NCBI GenBank assembly: GCA_964540205.1 | Contig: CAZIMJ010000142.1 | Location: forward strand, 1-57,122 | Reading direction: 5' to 3' | Source of the DNA: an uncultured Eubacteriales bacterium | Lineage (GTDB): Bacteria > Acidobacteriota > Aminicenantia > Aminicenantales > Aminicenantaceae | DNA length: 57,122 nucleotides | In this document: positions 28,221 through 35,988 of the stretch, piece by piece | How the letters are laid out: each line of letters opens with the position of its first letter | How positions within the stretch are numbered: position 1 is the stretch's first letter | Notes under the pieces: model-generated | Databases searched by the model: none | Told to the model about the DNA's origin: nothing | What the model saw: the letters and a program-made list of their open reading frames with translations, nothing else | Program-made: the position numbers and the translations under genes

Positions 28221-29033
28221 CTACGGGATCTGAATCTTTGCACCTTCCTGCAACTGTTTTTCCTCTAATGAGTATAGCGCATCTAGCAATCCGACCTGAA
28301 AGCTTCCGGGAGCTGAAGCCTTTGAGGCTGCCTTTTCACCGGCAAGGCCAAAGTATGCCAGCGCTGTCGTCGTTGCTGTGAGAGGATTGTCATCCACAGC
28401 CAGGAACGCGCCGATGACAACCGTCGCTGTGCAGCCCGTTCCCGTGACAAAACCCATTAGTTCATGACCATTCGCAACGCGATGGATCTCTTTTCCATCT
28501 GTGACCAAATCCACGGCGCCGGTTATTGCCAAGGTTGTGTTCAACTCTCTCGAGAGTGTGAGTGCGGCATCGGCAGCATCATCGACGCCGTGAATGGAAT
28601 CAACTCCTTTTGTCCGTGAGCCTTCATGGGCGAGGGAAAGCACTTCAGAGGCATTTCCGCGGACCACACTGATGGAGAGTTCATCGATGAGTCGCTTAGC
28701 AGAATCTGTGCGTAGTTTGGTGGCTCCTGAACCCACCGGGTCCAATACTATCGGAGTGTTCAGTTCGTTTGCACGTTTCCCTGCTTTGAGCATCGAGTCG
28801 ATCCAATATGGTGTGAGAGTTCCGATATTGAGCACGAGAGCGCCTGCAAAGGATACCATTTCTTCCACTTCCTCTTGGGCATGGGCCATAACAGGGGAGG
28901 CTCCACAGGCGAGCAGTGCGTTGGCTGTGTAATTCATGACTACATAATTCGTGATGTTATGGATCAACGGTTTTTTCTCCCGAAGGCGCTTCAGGTTTTC
29001 TGCGGCTTTGTGTGCGAGCTTTTGGTCAAACAC
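28221..29033 (-). CDS. thiM: hydroxyethylthiazole kinase
   Basis: PLIHNITNYVVMNYTANALLACGASPVMA and VTGTGC motifs. GTG start after GGAGGA. Confidence 0.9.
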   Translation of the reverse strand: MFDQKLAHKAAENLKRLREKKPLIHNITNYVVMNYTANALLACGASPVMAHAQEEVEEMVSFAGALVLNIGTLTPYWIDSMLKAGKRANELNTPIVLDPVGSGATKLRTDSAKRLIDELSISVVRGNASEVLSLAHEGSRTKGVDSIHGVDDAADAALTLSRELNTTLAITGAVDLVTDGKEIHRVANGHELMGFVTGTGCTATVVIGAFLAVDDNPLTATTTALAYFGLAGEKAASKASAPGSFQVGLLDALYSLEEKQLQEGAKIQIP

Positions 29034-29043
29034 TTGTTCCTCC

Positions 29044-30069
29044 TTAAGTCTTAAAGTGATCCCAGCCCGAAGGTGTGACGGGCCGTTTACTCCCGTCCGG
29101 GAGTACTAATTGAATCTTCTCCTTGGCCTCTGTGATTCGGCCGATCTCACTAGCAGAGACATCGCTGATCGATGCAACAAGAGAACGGATTTTCGGAACA
29201 CTCTCAGCCGAACAGGTCAAGATCAATTCATAATCATCGCTGTCACTCATGACCAAATCATATGGATCAAGTTCCATTTGTCCAGCTTCCTGAATGAGTG
29301 CTTTACTGAGGGGTAGCTGTTTTTGAATGATTTTAGCTCCTACTCTGCTCTTTTCACAAATATGTCCCAGGTCTGCCAGGAGACCATCGCTCGTGTCGAT
29401 CATGGCCTTGGCATAACCAGAATGTGCAATGGCGTGTCCCTCTCGTGCCCGGTGTTTTGGGGTGTTGTACGCTTGAACAAGGGGATGGTTTTGTACATCT
29501 TGTGGCGACTGGGAACTCTGCAAGATTTGAAGCCCTGCAAGAGCTTGTCCCGGATACCCTGTGACCAGGATCGCATCTCCAATTTCAGCAGAGGAACGTA
29601 GCATCAACTTGCCCTGCTCTACTTCCCCCACCAATGTGATGTCTATAAAATTGGCACCCTCGGTCTTTGTAATGTTGCCCCCGATGATCGAGGCCTTTAA
29701 GGGATTTAACTCCTGGAAAAATCCGCGATACATGGATTCCACATCTGCGATAAGGGTGTCCTCTCTCAGACCTAATGACACAAGTGCGTACAGGGGCAGG
29801 CCGCCCATGGCGCCGATGTCGCTGATGTTCACAGCCATAGCACGCCGTCCCAGATCCACTGAATTGATGCGATCAGACAGATAATGGCGGCCCTCTACCA
29901 GACAATCGCACGTGACCAACACTTCATATCCTTCACGAGGTTTAATAGCAGCGGCATCGTCTCCAATTCCAATAGTGACTCCAGGAGTTTCGATGCCTTC
30001 CTCTCGGATTAATGTGTGAAAGCGGTCGATAAGCCCGAATTCTCCGATATCTGACAAAGTTTTAGGCAT
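29044..30069 (-). CDS. thiL: thiamine-monophosphate kinase
   Basis: GEFGLIDR, GIGDDAA, AIR-synthase-like fold, MIDTSDGL motif. Confidence 0.9.
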   Translation of the reverse strand: MPKTLSDIGEFGLIDRFHTLIREEGIETPGVTIGIGDDAAAIKPREGYEVLVTCDCLVEGRHYLSDRINSVDLGRRAMAVNISDIGAMGGLPLYALVSLGLREDTLIADVESMYRGFFQELNPLKASIIGGNITKTEGANFIDITLVGEVEQGKLMLRSSAEIGDAILVTGYPGQALAGLQILQSSQSPQDVQNHPLVQAYNTPKHRAREGHAIAHSGYAKAMIDTSDGLLADLGHICEKSRVGAKIIQKQLPLSKALIQEAGQMELDPYDLVMSDSDDYELILTCSAESVPKIRSLVASISDVSASEIGRITEAKEKIQLVLPDGSKRPVTPSGWDHFKT

Positions 30070-30102
30070 CGTTATCTTCTTTTTTCCCGTGTGGATATTA
30101 TC

Positions 30103-30732
30103 TCACATTTCACCCTTGAGTGCTCGGAAGAGTTCACGCGTAGCCTGTTCGGGATCTTGTTGACAGCACACGGCCGAGATGACAGCTATCCCGTGTGCTC
30201 CCGCTCGTATAACCTCGGGAGTGTTATCCTTGTTCACACCGCCAATGGCAATGAGAGGGAGGGGGACTTTGTCGATGACCTCTTTCATGAGATCGATCCC
30301 GGCAACAGGGCCTGCATCCGCTTTGGATGTGGTCGGGTAAACTGGGCCGAATCCAACATAGTCTGCGCCTTCATCCAAGCATTTCCAGGCTTCTTCCAGT
30401 GTGACGGCTGATCCTCCGATGATCTTGTTTGCTCTGAGCATTTCACGGGCCAAGGGGATGGGGAAATCATCCTGGCCAAGGTGGACGCCATCGGAATCCG
30501 AAGCTATAGCGACATCCAAGCGGTCGTTCACAATGAAAGTTACACCGGCACTCGTACAAAGATGTTTTAAATCTCGAGCCATCTCTATCATTTTGCGGGT
30601 CGATCCCTCCTTCTGTCGAAACTGGATCGTATCCGCTCCTCCTGCAATGGCCATCCGTGCCAGTTCAACATGGGAGAAGCGATCCTGCAGTTCTGTATCT
30701 GTGATGACATGTAAGCGTCCGATTTTCCTCAT
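30103..30732 (-). CDS. thiE: thiamine-phosphate synthase
   Basis: LHVITD..., IQFRQK, GVHLGQDD, GFGPVYPT..K, AIGG motifs. ATG 30732 is preferred over the upstream extension. Confidence 0.9.
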   Translation of the reverse strand: MRKIGRLHVITDTELQDRFSHVELARMAIAGGADTIQFRQKEGSTRKMIEMARDLKHLCTSAGVTFIVNDRLDVAIASDSDGVHLGQDDFPIPLAREMLRANKIIGGSAVTLEEAWKCLDEGADYVGFGPVYPTTSKADAGPVAGIDLMKEVIDKVPLPLIAIGGVNKDNTPEVIRAGAHGIAVISAVCCQQDPEQATRELFRALKGEM

Positions 30733-30852
30733 GTTTAATGTCCTGGCACCTCTAAGTATATCAATAAGTTGCGGCAAATCGCATCTGCAAAATAGCACAA
30801 GAATATTTTGATGTCAAAATCGCGAATCTGTGGAGAAAGAAGAAAACAAGAG

Positions 30853-32235
30853 CTAAAGCTTCTTTAGTGGTTCGTTCCAATCCCTTATGCTATTTTTTAT
30901 CTTTTTTGTGAGCAAAATGAGTGCATTGAACAGAAGTGAAATCTGCAATCTAAGATCGAGAGAGATCTTGAAAATATCACGGTAGGGAATATTGCCGGTG
31001 AACATATTCCAGAGGATCAGTCTTATTTTTTGCGGAGGACCTGTCTTGCCGCGTTTTTTTGCCAGGGATAAGTGGGATTGTGTGAGTATGGGAACAGAGG
31101 ATATGAAATCATTGATGAAGAACAGAAGACGTCCGTAGGTGTTATCTCGTATGATCAATTTTTTTGCCCGTTTAGAGTAGTGTTTTTTGAATGAGGAAGC
31201 ACTCACTCCGTAAAAAATGGCGGTTTCAGCTGCCAATTTGGCCGTTAAAAAAGCTGATTCGATACCGTTTTTGTAATGTCTCGAGTAGCTCGCATCTCCG
31301 ATCATGACAAATCGATGCGTAAAGGGTTTATTTGCCGGCGATACAGTTATTTTTGGATAACAAGAACAATGGGGCTTGAATGCGGGGATTTTTCCCTGTA
31401 TGTCTTTGAGATTGAGGAATTCTTGGAATATGTCTTTTGTGGCATCTTTTTTCCCAATCACTGTGACTGTAATGAAGTCTTCCTTGGGGGTCACTGTAGC
31501 ATAACGAATGATGTTTTTTTTGGGCATATAAACATGAATAGTGTTGCCGAAGTTTTCTGGGATCTTTTCGCTGCCTATTTTGAGCTCGGCTTGGTATGCA
31601 GCAAGCATAGATGGTGCTCTGTAGCCGAAGCCCATATCTTTAATCCTATTCATCAGGTACGTGTTCACACCAAAGGCTCCTACAACTAAATCTGCCTCAA
31701 CCTCTTGAAGATTTTCTTTTTGCCCGTAGATAATTGTTAAGGGTTGAGATTTGTTTTCGGGCAATTTGATGTCCCATACAGGGGCAGAAATGACCTCTGC
31801 CCCCAAGTCCTGAGCCCACCTTAGGAGAAAGTCGTCGAAGCTTATGATTTCTGGAAATGTCGAATAGCGTGGTCCGTTTCCCCTAAATACGGTTGCAATG
31901 GCATTTTTCTCGTTCTCTGCACAAGAGAGAAGCAGGCTTTCACCGTCCACATGCACAGTGTATCCTTCGATTCTGCTTATGATCCTTTTTTCTGGAAGAT
32001 GAATCCCTTCAACTTTGAGTTTCTGGAATAGACTCTCTGCGAGTACCCCGGTACAGAGATTGCAGCCTTTGGGTCCTTTTTGTAGAAAGTCTTTGCCGTC
32101 AAAAATGGTTATGGATATGTGTATTCCTTTTTGACTTGCGAATTTGTAGATGAAATGAGAAAAAAAAGATCCCGCTGGTCCACCGCCAATGATAACGACC
32201 CGGTCGCCGTCCTTGAGTTTTAAACCCTCTTTCAT
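30853..32235 (-). CDS. FAD-dependent oxidoreductase, paralogue of 26837-28120
   Basis: VVIIGGGPAGSFFS motif and a similar overall layout. ATG 32235 (MKEGLKL..) is preferred because the upstream 21 codons are low-complexity. Confidence 0.75.
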   Translation of the reverse strand: MKEGLKLKDGDRVVIIGGGPAGSFFSHFIYKFASQKGIHISITIFDGKDFLQKGPKGCNLCTGVLAESLFQKLKVEGIHLPEKRIISRIEGYTVHVDGESLLLSCAENEKNAIATVFRGNGPRYSTFPEIISFDDFLLRWAQDLGAEVISAPVWDIKLPENKSQPLTIIYGQKENLQEVEADLVVGAFGVNTYLMNRIKDMGFGYRAPSMLAAYQAELKIGSEKIPENFGNTIHVYMPKKNIIRYATVTPKEDFITVTVIGKKDATKDIFQEFLNLKDIQGKIPAFKPHCSCYPKITVSPANKPFTHRFVMIGDASYSRHYKNGIESAFLTAKLAAETAIFYGVSASSFKKHYSKRAKKLIIRDNTYGRLLFFINDFISSVPILTQSHLSLAKKRGKTGPPQKIRLILWNMFTGNIPYRDIFKISLDLRLQISLLFNALILLTKKIKNSIRDWNEPLKKL

Positions 32236-32393
32236 AAGTCGTATTATACTACTTATTATATAATATATATAGATGAAGTAATCAATGTGCTGCTTCAATC
32301 CGCTTGATAAAAGAATTGTGTTATCGGATTTTTTGCGGATTAAAATTGACTTTGATGTTAGGCAAAGAGAGGAAATTGAGGAGAAGGCCGTAA

Positions 32394-35171
32394 CTACTTA
32401 TAACCGAAAAGCATACTATAAATGATTAACAGGATCAGCGAAATTCCGATAAAGAGGAAGATATAACCAAATATCCTCACCAGCGTCATTTTTTTGGGGG
32501 ATATTTCCTTGAGGACAACGTCTTTCTTCAACTGCCCCGATTCTTTCAAGTATTTGTATTCTTCAGGACGATCTTCTTTGTATTCATCGAGGGGGACCAA
32601 ACCTGTAAAAATGACAGGATCGAGGGGGAAGGATTCTGGACGCAGATGGGTATTGAAGAAATGGATTGTGAAGATAAAGCCCACAGCAAGTAGGGCTTCG
32701 TCGCTATGGATGATCATGGCGACATTGATGAACCAACCGGGCAGGAGCTTTGTAAAGAATTCCGGGAACCACAGGATCAATCCGGAAAATCCGATGACTC
32801 CCACTCCCCAGAAAACAGCCATGTAATCGAATTTCTCCCAGTAGGTCCAGCGCCCATATGCAGGTCGGGGACCCATACCTAGAAACCACTTGATCGAGCC
32901 GATAAAGTCTTTGAGATCTTTTTTGTTGAACCAGAGAGCTCTGCCCCCGAAGATCAACTGACGGACAGTTGTCCTTGTTTTGATCTTTAATCTGATCATG
33001 GAGTATATATGCGCGAAAAAATATCCGAAGGTGATTGCGGCAGAAAATCTGTGAATGCGCCCGGCCGCCTCTACTCCGCCAAACATATCGGCAAGAAACC
33101 TGGCCCAGGGCATGCTGGCAAACTTGAGCATCATTCCTGTCAGCGCCAATCCCATAAAACTCAGGATCACGAAGATGTGCATGATTCGCTGGTCTGTCGT
33201 GAACCGTTGGATGTAATACCTCTTGTGGATCTTTTCTGCGTTTCTTTTTTCTTTGAGGTGTTTGTAAGATCGAGGCATCCAGAGCAGAGTATGAATACCG
33301 AAAAAAGTGAATACGGAGATAAGCAATCCGGTCATGGCCCAGAAAGTAAAATACAGAATGGGATATTTCGCTTTATCGTGATGAGTGGCATGTGTCAGGT
33401 AGCCTGTGAATCGCCGATTGGCGTCAGAATGGCATTTCTGGCAGGTTTCGACCACTCTGTTGAATCCCACATGGGAATCAGGGTCGTCCACTTTAAGAAT
33501 GTCGTGTGCGCCGTGGCAATCTGAACACTTGGCTGTCTTCAGATAGCCAAGTGTGTAAGCTTTCCCGTGGATGGTTTCTGTGTAGGACTCTGACAGCTCC
33601 TCGTGACACGACCCGCATTGGTGGGTGACTTCGGACATAAACTGATCCATGTGGATGTCTTTGATCTGGTGTGCGGAGTGGCAGTCTTCACAGTTGGGAA
33701 GCTTCTCATTTAATTTGGAGATGGTTGAACTGTGAATGCTGTTCACAAAATCCTGGTAGATGCCTTCGTGGCAAGTCGCACAAGTCGAGGGAAGATTTTT
33801 GTGGTTAACGGATGATCGTTCATCCTCATGGTTCAAGATGAAGTGTGTACTGTGGCAGTCTGAACATACCGCGCTGGGTAAAAGACCTTTTTTTATCAAA
33901 CCTTGCCCATGTACGCTATTGGAATAATCGACGACAACTGTACCTTGATGGGTCTTTATAGTGGCCGGATGATCCAGCTTGCCATGGCAAGCTCCACACA
34001 ACTCAGGGATTTTTGACCGGTATGTTTTTGCCTGATCATTCAGATGGGATATAATAGTGTGTTTTCCGTGACAGTCTGTGCAGTAAGGAGAATCAGGGTC
34101 CTTCTCGAAATAGGCTTCTCCATGACCACTCTCAAAATAATCTTCAGCGATCTGGGCATGACAATTGGAACAATCGACCCGGCCTGCTGTTTCACAGGGA
34201 CGGTGTTTTTGCGGGCTGATATCTGCATGACATTTGACACAGGGGATGTTTTTGTGTGCAGAATCCTGGATGTCTTCTTTTTTGACTGTAAGAGAGATTT
34301 GTTGGCCTTCCACAGTCTTAAAAACATCGGGTTTCTCATGACACGTCAGACACTCCCGGTCGGAAGTCCTGATGACCAGATTTGTTCGTCTTATGGTATG
34401 AGGCTGATGGCAATCGGTACAGGCGGGTATGGCCCCTGGCTCTTGTTCCCAAAGTTCACCCTTGATGATCTTTATGTGAACTTCTTCAATCCGGGCATGG
34501 CATTTGGTGCATGTGTTGGCGATATTGCGAGCGGAGACTGTAGAACGAGAAATTGTATGTGGGAGGACGAGATGGTTGCCATGGCAATCATTGCAGGTGG
34601 CGGTCACGATGAGCCCTCGTTTGAAAAGGCCTTCCCCGTGGATACTCTGGGAATAATTACTTAAAATGTCGTGTTCTGGGATGTTGTATACTCGAGCAAC
34701 AGGAGCTCCCTCCCTGTGGCATTTTCCGCAGAGTACTGGGATATTCATTTTATAGGTGCGCGATCTCACATCGGAGGGAGGCAGGATACAGTGTTCTCCA
34801 TGACATTCTGCGCAGGTCGGTGCGTAGGGTGCACCTCGTCTTAAAGCATTTCCATGGATTCCCGCATTGAATTCTTCATCGGCCACGTCATGGCAGATCC
34901 CGCAGTTGACTCTTTCTAGTTGTTCCGGATGAGGAAAATCCTCGACATCTGCATTCTGGTGGCAGCCGATACAATCCGAGTCTTTGTGGACCGAGCCTGC
35001 AAATCTTTGGAAATCCACGTACAAGGAGACCGTGCGTCCTCTTCTCTCAGTCGTCAGTTCTCGATCGGAGTGGCAAGTTTCGCAATCTTCGTTACTCTGA
35101 GATCGAGCAATGCAAGGAACAAGAAAGAGGCCCAATAAGACAACGAAGAATATTTTTTTTATCGTCATCAA
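32394..35171 (-). CDS. 19-heme c-type cytochrome fused to a C-terminal membrane b-type cytochrome domain (HydC/FdnI-like; CbcL-like architecture)
   Basis: Signal peptide and 19 CXXCH motifs in residues 30-590. Next come about 330 aa with multiple TM helices and conserved His residues (RFTTDQRIMH..., IIHSDEALLAVGFIFTIHFFNTH). Confidence 0.85.
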   Translation of the reverse strand: MMTIKKIFFVVLLGLFLVPCIARSQSNEDCETCHSDRELTTERRGRTVSLYVDFQRFAGSVHKDSDCIGCHQNADVEDFPHPEQLERVNCGICHDVADEEFNAGIHGNALRRGAPYAPTCAECHGEHCILPPSDVRSRTYKMNIPVLCGKCHREGAPVARVYNIPEHDILSNYSQSIHGEGLFKRGLIVTATCNDCHGNHLVLPHTISRSTVSARNIANTCTKCHARIEEVHIKIIKGELWEQEPGAIPACTDCHQPHTIRRTNLVIRTSDRECLTCHEKPDVFKTVEGQQISLTVKKEDIQDSAHKNIPCVKCHADISPQKHRPCETAGRVDCSNCHAQIAEDYFESGHGEAYFEKDPDSPYCTDCHGKHTIISHLNDQAKTYRSKIPELCGACHGKLDHPATIKTHQGTVVVDYSNSVHGQGLIKKGLLPSAVCSDCHSTHFILNHEDERSSVNHKNLPSTCATCHEGIYQDFVNSIHSSTISKLNEKLPNCEDCHSAHQIKDIHMDQFMSEVTHQCGSCHEELSESYTETIHGKAYTLGYLKTAKCSDCHGAHDILKVDDPDSHVGFNRVVETCQKCHSDANRRFTGYLTHATHHDKAKYPILYFTFWAMTGLLISVFTFFGIHTLLWMPRSYKHLKEKRNAEKIHKRYYIQRFTTDQRIMHIFVILSFMGLALTGMMLKFASMPWARFLADMFGGVEAAGRIHRFSAAITFGYFFAHIYSMIRLKIKTRTTVRQLIFGGRALWFNKKDLKDFIGSIKWFLGMGPRPAYGRWTYWEKFDYMAVFWGVGVIGFSGLILWFPEFFTKLLPGWFINVAMIIHSDEALLAVGFIFTIHFFNTHLRPESFPLDPVIFTGLVPLDEYKEDRPEEYKYLKESGQLKKDVVLKEISPKKMTLVRIFGYIFLFIGISLILLIIYSMLFGYK

Positions 35172-35285
35172 TGAAGCTCGTTCGGCATTTCTGTCAGGAT
35201 TTCCCCCGTGTTTTTTGAGCGCCTTGCAGAACAGTAATTTACCTTTAATCCAATCCTAAATAACAAATATTAATAAATTCAGATT

Positions 35286-35804
35286 TTACTGCTTTTCTGG
35301 CCTAGGATGCTTGACTTTTGCCCAGGCGGCGTCAAAATCGAAGGGTTTATCATGAGCATTTTCATGACAGGAAAGGCACTGTGTTTTTATAGCATCAGGC
35401 GAACCGTATTCTGTCAAACCGTTCTTCACAGCTTCGGCATGGTCTTTCATGATGCTCATCTTTTTGAATGCACTTCCAGGGCCATGACAGACCTCACATG
35501 ACACTCCCTCTTCTTTTAACTCGGGTGCCTTTTCCGCAAGTGGGCTATGGCATTTCAAGCATTTCGGATTGTCGGGAGCATCTGCTGCGAGCGCTTTGGC
35601 ATCATCAGATGTCAGTGCGGAGAATGATTTAGAATGTTTCCTGGCTTCCCATAAGGGAAACTGCTGGCCTTGTTTTTCACTCTTGTGACACATTTTGCAT
35701 TTCGCTGCACCCACATAAGTGAAATCCTGTGTAAAAAGCGTAAAAGGAATGATGATTATCAAAACTGCTGTTAAATAGATTAGCTTCTTCACCTCATCCT
35801 CCAT
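35286..35804 (-). CDS. periplasmic tetraheme c-type cytochrome
   Basis: CKMCH, CLKCH, CEVCH and CLSCH motifs plus a signal peptide (KKLIYLTAVLIIII). Start is ambiguous: ATG 35804, or GTG 35792, which has a GGAGGA 4 nt upstream. The track TTG at 35828 lies at or upstream of the predicted sigma54 transcription start. Confidence 0.8.
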   Translation of the reverse strand: MEDEVKKLIYLTAVLIIIIPFTLFTQDFTYVGAAKCKMCHKSEKQGQQFPLWEARKHSKSFSALTSDDAKALAADAPDNPKCLKCHSPLAEKAPELKEEGVSCEVCHGPGSAFKKMSIMKDHAEAVKNGLTEYGSPDAIKTQCLSCHENAHDKPFDFDAAWAKVKHPRPEKQ

Positions 35805-35835
35805 TCTCAAGATAGAATTATAACTCAAATATTAT

Positions 35836-35851
35836 AGCAAGATGTATGCCA
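35836..35851 (-). promoter_or_regulatory. sigma54 (-24/-12) promoter
   Basis: Minus strand reads TGGCAT-ACATC-TTGCT, with GG and GC at canonical spacing. Lies about 30-45 nt upstream of the tetraheme gene start. Confidence 0.6.
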
Positions 35852-35934
35852 AGATAAAGAGAAAATTATTATGTTGTAATCAAAGAAGTTATAAAGAATA
35901 ACGCAAAAGTTATCAGAAGAATAAAAACACTAAT

Positions 35935-35970
35935 TGGGTGATATGACCCACACCAGGGGGAATTCACCCA
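35935..35970. promoter_or_regulatory. candidate enhancer (UAS) for a sigma54 activator
   Basis: TGGGTGATATGACCCA (15/16 identical to the palindrome at 47368), then 13 nt, then the half-site TCACCCA. Lies 85-120 bp upstream of the sigma54 promoter. Confidence 0.5.
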
Positions 35971-35988
35971 GAAAATTTAAGCAGAGAT

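Noticed and set aside
30744-30760. CTGGCAC on the plus strand, resembling a sigma54 -24 element
   Set aside because: No TTGC lies at the -12 position (the sequence reads AGTAT), it is on the wrong strand for the neighbouring genes, and no gene lies downstream.
30733-30852. TPP riboswitch upstream of thiE (28121..28220 and 32236..32393 were also checked)
   Set aside because: The conserved CUGAGA and ACCUGAUCUGGAUAAUGCCAGCG-like elements are not present on the coding (minus) strand of these leaders.
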